A DNA stretch of 64,000 bases from Mobula hypostoma (lineage: Eukaryota). Shown here in pieces: positions 23,993 to 35,545 of the stretch (its first letter is position 1; the number at the start of each line of letters is the position of its first letter). Under the pieces are notes generated by a model that saw nothing but the letters and a program-made list of their open reading frames with translations, was not told the DNA's origin and ran no database searches. The translations under genes were made by a program, and so were the position numbers. The DNA is taken from assembly GCF_963921235.1 (NCBI RefSeq), contig NC_086108.1:100070001-100134000 (forward strand), given 5' to 3'.

Positions 23993-26534
23993 GTGGCTGT
24001 ATGTGTGAGAATGGCAATTGTAGACTCATAGAGAAAGATGGAAAGGAAACTGGCACTTAACTCTAACTCATCCACGCTGGCCTCAGTGCCCACCAAGCTG
24101 GATCCATTTGCCTGTGTTTAGGTCATATCTTCTCAACCCCTCCTATCCATGGACAGATTCAAATATATTTTATATATTGTTATTTAATGCAAGAAGGACC
24201 TTGTTTATCACAGCTCAGAAGGAAACTACACTTTTGCTTCGGAGATCTAAGTATGAATATGACAAGGGGGAAAAATACCTTAAATGGTAAAGCAATTTTA
24301 ATCCATTCCTTATCAATCATACCTTGCAGGGCATGATGGGTATTAGTAGGTGACGATGAATCCTTGGCTTGTGTCAGTCAGCGTGCACTTGCAGACCTGT
24401 GATCATGCTTCGAATAGTTTCAGGATAATCAAAGAAAATGTCAGGATTGGTGCTTCATCGGCTGTCGAGGCCAAGTCATTGAGTACATTTAAAGTGGAGG
24501 ATGATAGGCTCTTCTTTAGTAGTGTGTCAAAGAATACAAGGAGAAGGCAGGAGAATGGTGTTGAGAAGGGTAATAAATCGGCCATGATGGAATAGTAGAG
24601 CAGACCTTTTCAGCCAAATGTCCTAATTTCACTCCTGTGTCTTATGGTCTAAATGGGGGAAAGCAAATTGTGATGGTCTCAGACTTCCAAAAGTCGATTG
24701 GGAAAGGCTGTTTCAGGTAAAGGAATTTGGAGGGTTTTGAAAGTGAGAAAGGGAGAGTCAGGACCAGTATATTCCTGATAGAGTGAAGGGTGAGGTTGGC
24801 AGCATTAGGAAATCTCAGATGATAAGGCTTATTAAAGGCCTGGTCAGGAAAAAGAAGGAAGCATGTATCAAATATAAGCAGCTGGGATAGAGTGAGTCCT
24901 TTGAGTTAAAAAAAAAAGTAGGAGTATACTTGAGAAAGATATTAGAAGAGCAACAAGGGCCCTGAGATATTCCTGGTGGAGAAATTAAAGGAAAATCCTA
25001 AAATATTCCAGCCTACCCACCATCAAGGGCCTACGTGCAGAAAGGTGCCTGAACCGCCAGACTCAAAAGCAGTTACTTCCCTCAAGCTGTCAGGTTGATC
25101 AACACCTCCAGCTATTAACCAAGCCCACCATACCCCCACAGCCTCTAATGTATCATTCCCATCAGAGTCACTTTACGTACAGATACTCTTGTACATCACT
25201 TTACGTACATACAGTCAGCCTCTGTATAAAACCTCATTTTATATACAGTATTTATATTTATTGTGTTCTTTTTGCTTGTAGTGTTTTTTCAAGCTGCATC
25301 TGATCTGGAGTAACAATCATATCATTCTCCTTTACACTTGGGTGCTGAAGAACAACAATAAGCCATCATGAGTCTTGAGGTATCTTTAAGAGTAAAAAGT
25401 CAGAAAGGAGAGATTAGATTTCCTCAAGGATCAGTGTGGTAAGAGCAAAGTGATACATCTTGAGAAGGTAAAACAAGGCAGGATATACTCAATGAATGGC
25501 AAGGCCCTTGGGTGTAGTATCGAACATAGAGGCCAGAGGTACAAATTACATGGTTCCTTGAAATTGGCAATACAGGTAGAGAAGAAGGAGGCATGTGCCA
25601 TGCTTTCCTACATCGATCAAGGTACTGAATACAGAAGTTGGGACGTAACATTATGTTTATACATAATGTTGGTTAGGTTGCCCTTGTTTACTCAGTGAGC
25701 CCAGAGAAGACATTAAGCAACAACATTTGTTTGTGAGAAGTTCTGGTCCGAGGCATAGGAGGTGGTTGAAAAAGGGCAGAAGAGTAAAAGTCCAGGTGGG
25801 AATGAGGCAACAAGTAAAAGAGGTTCACGGTTACATGAAAGATGTTGAAGGTCATGCCAAATAAACAATTAAGGTCATGCCTGAGCTAGTCTGTAATTGT
25901 TCTGTAGTTATAGACTGCTTTAGTTGTAATCTATGGAGACTGAATGCGATTACATTTCTTGAGGTTTTTTTTAGCAATATAAAAGACTAAATGGTTCCAG
26001 CATCAATAAAAATCAGAAGGAAAACACATGCTTAAGATGGAAACTGGAAAAATTCAAGCCCTTGACTGCATTCTAGTAGATTTGATTGTGTATAATCTGA
26101 TCACTTTGATATCAAGCGGCATTTAATCAGATGATAGTTGCCAACAGAATTCTTGTTTGCCTAGTTAATGTCTCATCCCCTAATGCTGTCCATGACTTTG
26201 AATAAATAAATCTCCTCACTGGCAGGGTCAAATTTGATATTGAGAAATAAAAATCAATATCGAACAATGAGCACTCCAGCCAGACAAGATCAGGAATAAG
26301 GAAAATGGACAATTGAAAAGAGACAATACAGTAAAATTAAGCCTTTCTTTGCTATTTCTTCAAAGTTCAAAGTAAATTTATTAACAAAGCACATATATGT
26401 CATCAGATGTATTTTCTAGCAGGCATACTCAATAAATCCAACCATAATAGGATGAATGAAAGACTGCACCAACAGGACATACAACCAGTGTGCAAATACA
26501 AATTTTAAAAAAATATAGTAATAGTAATAATAAT

Positions 26535-26710
26535 CGTAACCATCTGGATATAATAATAGCATAAGCAAGCAATTATAGCTTAATTAATAGATATAACCAT
26601 TCCAAACACATACAGAAATCAGTAAATGAAATACACCAGAAATATGCTAAATTTAAAGAGGAAATTGAAAGACTATGGAACATGAACAGGGCATACATTG
26701 TCCAAAAATG
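26535..26710 (+). mobile_element. R4/Dong-type non-LTR endonuclease fragment, second partial copy
   Basis: IDITIP...KYAKFKEEIERLWNMNRAYIV, paralogous to about 28590-28760. Preceded by a (TAA)-rich run. Confidence 0.6.
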
Positions 26711-28058
26711 TCTATGAAGGTTCTCAGTTGTTGTATATCAGGTTGTTGTATATCAGGCAGTAGTAAATCAAGGCAATTGGACTAACTGTGTTGTCTAGAA
26801 AACATTTTACCACTCATCCAAGAGGTTTCTTCAGTTCTAATCCATGGTGGGTAGATTTTTGGCTTATAAATTCTGTGAGTTGTTTAAAGGTGTAGAAACC
26901 ACATGAGGGTCATTAAGAGTCATAGAGGTAATGAGTGGGGCATTAGTCTTATCTTTAGACACTCAAAGCTGCTACGCAGGTTAACTCTGTGGTTAAGAAG
27001 GCATATGGTGCATTGGCTTTCATCAATCGTGGGATCGAGTTTAAGAGCCGAGAGGTAATGTTGCAGCTATATAGGACCCTGGTCAGACCCCACTCGGAGT
27101 ACTGCGCTCAATTCTGGCTATCTCACTATAGGAAGGACGTGGAAACCATAGAAAGGGTGCAGAGGAGATTTACGAGGATGTTGCCTGGATTGGGGAGCAT
27201 GCCTTATGAGAATAAGTTGAGTGAACTCGGCCTTTTCTCCTTGGAGCGACGGAGGATCAGAGGTGACTTGTTAGAGGTATACAAGATAATGAGAAGCATT
27301 AATTGTGTGGCTCGTCAGAGGCTTTTCCCCAGGGCTGAAATGGCTAGCTCAAGAGGCATAGTCTTAAGGTGCTTGGAAGTAGGTACAGAGGAGATGTCAG
27401 GAGTATGTTTCTTTACGGAGAGAGTGGTGAGTGCGTGGAATGGGCTGCCAGCGGCGGTGGCGGAGGCGGAAACAATAGGGCCTTTTAAGAGACTCCTGGA
27501 TGGCTACATGGAGCTTAGAAAAATAGAGGGCCATGGGTAAAGCCTAGGTAGTTCTAAGGTAGGGACATGTTTGGCACAGTTTTGTGGACTGAAGGGCCTG
27601 TATTGTGCTGTATGCTTTCTATATTTCTATATTTCTATGTTTTACATGAGTGGAGTTGTGAACTGTTGTGGAGACACTGGGTAGACATGTTAGGACTACA
27701 TTGTAAGTAGCTGATAGGTGGTGTCGTAGTCCACCCCCTCTGTTCAGGGACGGGTTTTCCAGTTTGACAAAGATGGTTTCTTTAGCTCTCTTTCAAACCA
27801 TCTGCCCTCCCTGTCCAAAATGTGCACTTTGTTATCAGCAAAGGAGGGTCTCCACCCCTAGGATCCTACACCCAAACATAAAACAATGTAAACTGCACAG
27901 AGTTGTACACCAGTGACACAAATAAAACACTTCACAAACAGATGCCCAACATAGAAGGACTAACACCTCAGGTCAAGACTCGGCTGTATATCTACACTAA
28001 AGGGCAAGGGACACTCCTTTGTTGATAACAATGTACACATTGTGGACAGGGAGGACAG
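26711..28058. mobile_element. Second Penelope-like lineage (Poseidon-like), decayed, with internal inversion, split by CR1
   Basis: Minus about 27700-27850: SFADNKVHILDREGRWFER..IFVKLENPSLNRG. Plus about 27880-28058: QHRRTNTSGQDSAVYLH..GHSFVDNNVHIVDREDR. Decayed hammerhead at 26797-26838 (-). Confidence 0.7.
26958..27642 (+). mobile_element. Young CR1 LINE 3' end
   Basis: ORF 26989-27540 (LAFINRGIEFKSREVMLQLYRTLVRPH...ERVVSAWNGLP) and (ttctatat)n tail. Confidence 0.9.
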
Positions 28059-28975
28059 GCACAATCAAGTGGCAAACATCATTAATCAAAATCTTGCTTT
28101 AAAATACAAACTCAAAATCAGAATCAGACTCAGGTTTAATATCACCGGCCTATGTTGTGAAATTTGTTGTCTTTGCTGCAGCAGTACTATACATTATATA
28201 GTAATAGAGAAAAAGAATTGTGAATTACTAAATATATATATGTATAATACTAAGTAGTTAAGTTAAATAAGTAGAGCAAAAATAAAAATTTAAAGGAAGT
28301 AGTGAAATTGACTGGCAAAGACGAAGAAGCTGTTGCTGAATCATTAGTGTGTGAGCCTTCAGGGTCCTGTATCTCCTTCCTGATGGTAGCAAAGAGAACA
28401 ATGCATGTCCTTGGTGATGGGGGTCCTTAGTGATGGATGCTGCCTTTTTGAGGCCTCGCTTCTTGAAGATGTCCTGGATACTATGGAGACACTATACTTT
28501 GCTATAAATACAAGCCTGATCCAATTTTAGAGTCAGGATCCTCCAAGTTATTCTATGACTGATCCATTATTACAGATAGGACAATCCATAATAACTATCT
28601 GGATATAATATTATACGATAAACAAGCAAGAACGACTGACTTAATAGACATAGCCATTCCATCTTACAGAAAGCAATAAGTGAAAAACACCAGACATATC
28701 CTGAATTAAAAGAGGAAATGAAAAGACTGTGGAACATGAACAGGGTATACATTGTCCCAATAGTAACATCTATAACTAGTATCAGCACAAAATCACTACA
28801 CAATAGTATTAAACAATTGGGCCTGCACAGCAATATTTATGTAAATCTCCAGAAAGCCACAATACTAAACATCACTGGAATAGTCTGAAATTTCGTAGCA
28901 ATTAAGAAATGATTGTACTTGGCTATGTCCCTACTTCAGTGCTTACCCGCTTGAGCTGAGAAAAAAATAAAAATA
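28057..28975 (+). mobile_element. R4/Dong/Rex6-type non-LTR element 3' end (restriction-like endonuclease), interrupted by a Rex1 fragment (about 28115-28488)
   Basis: RHNQVANIINQNLALKYKL; YKPDPILE..IITDRTIHNNYLDIILYDK..LIDIAIP; ELKEEMKRLWNMNRVYIVPIV; NLQKATILN. A/TAA-rich end. Confidence 0.75.
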
Positions 28976-31554
28976 TAATAATAAATACATAAGCAATAAA
29001 TATTGAAAACATGAGATAAAGATTCCTTGAAAGTGAGTCCATGGGTTGTGGGAACAGTTCAGTGATGGGACAAGAAAAGTTGAGTGAAGTTATCCCCTCT
29101 GGTTCTAGAGCCTGATGATTGAGGGGTAATAACTGTTCATGAACCTGCTAGAGTGAGTCTTTGAGCCTCCTGTATCTTCTTCCTGATGGCAGTAGCAAGA
29201 AGAGACCATGAGCTGGATGGTGGGTGGTCCCTGATGATGGATGTTGCTTTCCTGTGACAACACTCCATGTAGATGTGCTCAATGATGGGGAGGGTTTTAC
29301 CTGTGATGGACTGGGTTGCACCCTATATCATTTGTAGGATTTTCTGTTCAATGGTATTAGGGTTTCCATGCCAGGCTGTGATACAGCCAGTCAATAGACT
29401 CTCCACCATGTATCTATAAAAGTTTGTTAATGTTTTGGATGTTATGTCAAATCTTCGCAAACTTCTAAGAAAGTAGAGGTGCTGCCGTGCTTTCTTCATA
29501 ATCGCACTTAAGTGCTGGTTGCAGAACAGATCCTCTGAAATGGTAACACCGAGAAATTTAAAGCGGCTGACATTCTCCACCTCTAATCTCCCGATGAGCT
29601 CGCGGACCTCTGGTTCTCTCCTCTTGAAGTCAATAATCAGCTCCTTTGTCCTGCTGACGTTGAGTAAGAGGTTGTTGCTGTGGCACCACTCAGTCTGATT
29701 TTCAATCTCTTCCTATATGCTGATTCGTCACTACCTTTCATTTGGCCAATGACGGTGGTGTCATCCGGAATCTCAAATATGGCATTGGAGCTGTGCTTAG
29801 CCACAAAGTCATAAGTGTAAAGCAAGTAGAGCAGGGGGCTAAGCACACAGCCTTGTGGTGCACCTCTGCTGATGGAGATTCTGGAAGAGTTGTCATTGCA
29901 AGTGAGAAAACTGAAGATCCAATTGCACAAGGAGGTATTGAGGCCAACGTCTTGGAACTTATTGATTAGTTTTGAAGAGATGATGTAATTGAATATTAAG
30001 CTGAATCAAGAAGGAGAATGCTGACATAAGCATATTTGCTGTCCAGATGCTCCAGGGTTGAGTGAGGTGCCTGTGAAATGGCATCTGCTGTGGACCTCTG
30101 TACCAGGAGGCAAACTGGATCAGATCCAAGTCCATTCTCAGGCAGGAGTTGATATGTTTCATCACCAACCTCTCAAAACACTTCATCACCGTGGATGTAA
30201 GTGTTACTGGACAATAGTCTTTGAGGCACACGACCACATTCTTCTCAGGCACCGGTATAATTAAGCCTGCCTGAAGCAGTTTGGTACCTCGGGCTGCTGA
30301 AGCAAGAGGTTAAAGAGCTCAGTGAACACGAGCCAGTTGATCGGAATACATCTTTAGTTTGTGGCCAGGTACACTTTCCAGGCTGGATGCTTTCTGTGGG
30401 TTCACCCTCTTGAAGGATGCTTTCACATTGGTTTCAGAGACTGAAATCACAGGGTTTTGTGGAAGTTCATGATGGTTCTTCCATGTTTTGAAAGTCAGAG
30501 TGAGCATAGAAAGCATTGAGTTCATTTGGAACCAAAACCATGTTGCCATCTATGTTGCTTGATTTCACGTTGTAAGATGTAATAGCATGCAAGCCTTGTC
30601 ACAGCTGTCGAGCATCCTTCAGTGATTCAAGCTTGGTTGGAAATTACCACTTTGTCCATGAGATGGCTTTTGGGAGATCATAATTGGACCTCTCGTAACT
30701 TTCTTGTTTGCCAGACCTAAATGCAACTCATCTGGTCCTCAGCAGATTGCAGATCTCATGGTTCATCCAGGGTTTCCGATTGGAGAAGACTCTGAATGAT
30801 CTTGTGGGGACATGGTCATCTACAACGGTTTGCTGCACACATCTTGTTCCACCAAGGCAAATATTAATTACTATTACACGTAAATGAAAGTCACAGTCAT
30901 AATGTGCTGCAGGGTTAGCTCTTGAAACACTTAACAATGGGTCTGATAAACAAATGCATAGCACATATATTACTTTTACTTCTGTGTTGAAATACATAAC
31001 CAAAGATTTGTGAGAAATGTGGAAACTTGGCACAACTTTGTGGGCCTGGACTGTACCGTAATGTTCTATACTCTATGTTCAGAAAAAGAATTGGAATCAG
31101 AATCATAATCAGGTTCATTAGCACTGATTCGTGTCAGAGTAAGGGTTCATTGTCCATTCAGAAATCTGATGGTGGTGGGAGGAAGGGTTTCCTAAAACAT
31201 TGAGTGTATGTTTTCAGGCTCCTGTACCTCCTCTCTGATGATAGTAATGAGAAGAGACCAGGTCCTGGATGGTAGGGGTGCTTAATGCTGGATGCTGCCT
31301 TATTGAGGCATTGCCTTTTGAAGATGTTCTCAATAGTGAACATAATGGAGCTGACTGAGTTTACAACCCTCAACACCTTTCTCCAATCCTGTGTAGTGGC
31401 TCCCCCATACCAAACAGTGATGCAACCAGGCAGAATGCACTCCATGGTACATCTGCAAAATTTACCAGAGTCTTTAGTGACAGATCAAATTCCCTTAAAC
31501 TCCAAATGAAATATAGCCTCTTTGTAATTGCATCAATATGTTGGGTCCAGGATG

Positions 31555-33479
31555 GATAGAAGCATAGAGAAAGCCTACAACACAATACAGGCCCTTCGGC
31601 CCGCAAAGCTGTGCTAAACATGTCCTTACCTTAGAACTACCTAGGCTTACCCAAAGCCCTCTATTTTTCTAAGCTCCATGTACCTATCCAGGAGTCTCTT
31701 AAAAGACCCTATCGGTTCCACCTCCACCACCACCTTCAGCAGCCCATTCCACGCACTCATTCCACGCATTCCACTCTCTGCGTAAAAAACCTACCCCTGA
31801 CATCTCCTCTGTATCTACTTCCAAGCACTCTAAAACTATGCCTCTTGTGCTAGTCATTTCAGCCCTGGGGGAAAAAACTCTGACTATCCACACGATCAAT
31901 GCTTCTCATTATCTTGTACACCTTTATCAGGTCACCTCTCATCAGCTATCACTCCAAGGAGAAAAGGCCAAGCTCACTCAACCTATTCTCAGAAGGCATG
32001 CTCCCCAATCCAGGCAACAGCCTTGTAAATCTCCTCTGCACCCTTTCTATGGTTTCCACATCTTTCCTGTAGTGAGGCGAACAGAATTGAGCACAGTACT
32101 CAAAATGGGGTCTGACTAGGGTCCTATATAGCTGTAACATTACCTCTCAGCTCTTAAACTCAATACCACGTTTGATGAAGTCCAATGCACCATATGCCTT
32201 CTTAACCACAGAGTCAACCTGTGTAGCAGATTTGAGCGTCTTATGGACTCAGACCCCAAGATCCCTCTGATCCTCCACACTGTCCAGAGTCTTACCCATT
32301 AATGCTATATTCTGCCATCATATTTGACCTACCAAAATGAACCACCTCACACTTATCTGGGTTGAACCCCATCTGCCACTTCTCAGCCCACTTCTGTATC
32401 CTATCAATGTCCTGTTGTAACCTCTGACAGCCCTCTACACTATCCACAACACCCCCAACCTTTGTGTCATCGGCAAATTTACTAACCCATCCCTCCACTT
32501 CCTCATCCAGGTCATTTATAAAAATCACAAAGAGTAGGGGTCCCAGAACAGGTTCCTGAGGCACACCACTGGTCACCGACCACTAAGCAGAATATGACCT
32601 ATCTACAATCACTCTTTGCCTTCTGTGGGCAAGCCAGTTCTGGATCCACAAAGCAATGTCCCCTTGGATCCCATGCCTCCTTACTTTTGTAAATAAGCAT
32701 TGCATGGGGTACCTTATCAAATGCCTAGCTGAAATCCATCTACACTACACCTACGGCTCTACCTTCAATAATGTATTTAGTCACATCCTCAAAAAATTCA
32801 GTCAGGCTTGTAAGGCACAACACATCAAAGTTGCTGGTGAACGCAGCAGGCCAGGCAGCATCTCTAGGAAGAGGCACAGTCGACGTTTCAGGCTGAGACC
32901 CTTCGTCAGGACAACCTGCCTTTGACAAAGCAATGCTGACTATTCTTAATCATATTATGCCTCTCCAAATGTTCATAAGTCCTGCCTCTCAGGATCTTCT
33001 CCATCAACCTACCAACCACTGAAGTAAGAATCACTGGTCTGTAATTTCCTGGGCTATCTCTACTCCCTTTCTTGAATAAGGGAACAACATCTGCAACCCT
33101 CCAGTCCTCCGGAACCTCTGCCGTCCTCATTGATGATGCAAAGATCATTGCCAGAGGCTCAGCAATCTCCTCCCTTGCTTCCCACAGTAGCATGGGTTAC
33201 AACCCATCTGGTCTGGGTGACTTATCCAACTTGATCCTTTCCAAAAGCTCCAGCACATCCTCTTCCTTAATGTCTTCATTCTTAAGCTTTTCAGTCCACT
33301 GCAAGTCATCTCTACAATCACCATGATCCTTTTCCATTGTGAATACTGAAGCAAAGTATTCATTAAGTAGCTCTGCTATCTCCTCTGGTTCCATACACAC
33401 TTTTCCACTGTCGCACTTGTTTGGTCCTATTCTCTCACGTCTTATCCTCTTGCTCTTCACATACTTGTAGAATGCCTTC
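31555..33479 (-). mobile_element. CR1 LINE, about 1.9 kb including the RT domain
   Basis: VPEDWRVADVVPLFKKG..NYRPV, SGVPQEPVLGPLLF..SKFADDTKVGG, LVRPHFEYCAQF. Confidence 0.92.
32822..32910 (-). mobile_element. About 90-bp hammerhead-plus-arm insert inside CR1
   Basis: Minus strand GUC-CUGACGA-AGGGUCUCAGCCU-GAAA-CG-UC-GAC (32878-32912). acaac repeated at 32817-32821 and 32911-32915. Confidence 0.8.
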
Positions 33480-34675
33480 AGAGATGTGAACTTGAAACTC
33501 GTTCTGCACGCGTTTGCTTTCAGTGTCAGTTACTTATATTGCAGCCCTTGAACTTAGAGAACTTCATATAGTCTGCAAAGAAGGCTGGCAATTCAGAGTC
33601 TGTTTAGACACCTTCATAGATTTGGAACATAGAACAGTACAGCACAGGAACAGGCCTTGGAGGTCCATGATACCTGTGCCAAGCATGACGCCAAATTAAA
33701 CAAAACCCTGTTACCTGCACAAGAACTGTAACCCTCAATTCCCTGCGTGATCAGGTGCCTACCTAAGGGCCTCGTGAATGCCTCTCTCTTATTTGCTTCC
33801 ACAACCACCACCTCTGACAGTGTACCTACCACCCTCAGTATAAAACAAAAATCACCCCACACATCTTCTTTAAAATTTCTTCTTCACACCTTAAAGCTTT
33901 CCCGTATAGTATTTGACATTTCAGTGCTGGGGAAAAGATCTCCTACCTATGTCTCTTATAATTTTATAAACTTTTCATGTTTTTATAAACTTCTAGCAAG
34001 TCTCGCAGTCGAGTACAAAGTTGTAGAACACAGAGGGATGTTCCATTCTCAGAGGTGTTTCAGGAGAGGCGTTAAACTGAGGCCCTTTCTACACTCTTAA
34101 ATGGAGATAACTGGTTCTATGCCTGTACTTTAGATTCAGAATCAGAATCGGGTTTAATATCACTGGCATACGTTGTGAAATTTGTTAACTTTGCAGCAGT
34201 AGTACAATGCAATACATGATAATAGAGGAAAAAATCTGTGAATTACAGTATGAATACACATATTAAATAGTTAAATTAAATAAGTAGAGCAAAAAAAGAA
34301 ATAAAATAGTAGTGAGGTGGTGTTCATGGGTTCAATGTTCATTCAGAAATTGGGCGACAGAAGAGAAGAAGCTATTCCTGAATCACTGAGTGTGTGTCTT
34401 CAGGCTTTCGTACCTCCTACCTGATGCTAGCAATGAGAAGAGGGCATAACCTGGGTGCAGGGGGACCTTAATAATGGACGCCACCTTTTTGGGTCACTGT
34501 TCCTCAAAAGTGTCCTGGATACTATAGAGGCTAGTACCCACAATGAAGCATGAAGGAAATAATTCAACTAGTCCATTGTCACAGCCAATCCGTATCCCCC
34601 AACTCAACAGCAGGAAAGCAAGCTACCTGGTCCTTCATAGATTGCTGACAGCGGGTGTCTGCAATGCACTAATTA

Positions 34676-35545
34676 AAGTTCAAAGTTACTTTATTATCAA
34701 AGTACATAGATGTCACAATAGTAACACACACAAAATGCTGGAGGAACTCAGCAGGCCAGGCAGCATCTATGGAAATAAATAAAGAGTTGGTGTTTTGGAC
34801 CAAGATCGTCATTCAGGACTGGAAAGAAAGGGGGAAGGTGCCATAATAAAAAAGAAATGGGGAAGGGAGGAAGATAGCTAGAAGGTAATATGTGACTATA
34901 ATTACATTGAGATTAATTTTCTTGTGGGCATTCTCAGTCCATACAAAATACAATAGAATCATTGAAAAACTGCACACAAAACCAGACAAGCAATATGCAC
35001 AGGACTACAAATTGTGCAAGTACAAAATGAAAACAAAATAATAAATAAAGAATGAAACGAAAAAACAAGTAACGAACTGAACAAATAATATTGAGGACAT
35101 GCGTTGTGTAGTCCTTGACAGTGAGCACTTAGGTTCTGGAATCAGTTTATTGTTGAGGTGAGTAAAATTATCCACACTGATTCAGAAGCCTGATGGCTGA
35201 GGGGTAATAACTGTTCCTGAACCTGTTGGTGTGGGACATAATGCTCCTGTACCTCCTTCCTGATGGCACTAGCAAGAAGAGAGCATGGTCTGGAAGATGA
35301 GGGTCCTTGGTAATGGATGCTGCTTTCCTCCGACAGAGCTCCTTGTAGATGAACTCAGTGGCAGGGAGCATTTTACATGTAATGGACTGGACTCTATCCA
35401 CCACATTTTCTAGTTTTTTTTCTTCTATTCAAGGGCATTTGAGTTTCCATACTTAGCCATGATGCAAACTGTCAGGATACTCTCCACTGTGCAGCTATAG
35501 AAGCTTTAGATGACATGCTGAATCTTCACAAACTTCTAAGAAAGA
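34676..35545 (-). mobile_element. Rex1/Babar 3' portion with a Penelope-derived arm (about 34722-34890) inserted
   Basis: ORF 35168-35404 (KAASITKDPHLPDHALFLLVPSGRRYRS). acacaaaatgctggaggaactcagcagg arm. Confidence 0.7.

Larger units (their letters stand above)
26363..30835 (-). mobile_element. Rex1/Babar LINE (RT region about 28975-30835; 3' UTR end at 26363-26530), host of a nested cluster
   Basis: Minus ORFs: NRKPWMN, DYCPVTLTSTVMKCFERL, GAPQGCVLSPLLY, FKFLGVTISEDL, FYRYMVESLLTGCITAW. The 3' UTR is split at an AAT-rich stretch. Confidence 0.8.

Noticed and set aside
28042..28257. 71-aa ORF as a gene
   Set aside because: Accidental fusion of Penelope (DREDR), R4-type (HNQVANI...) and antisense Rex1 3' UTR sequence.
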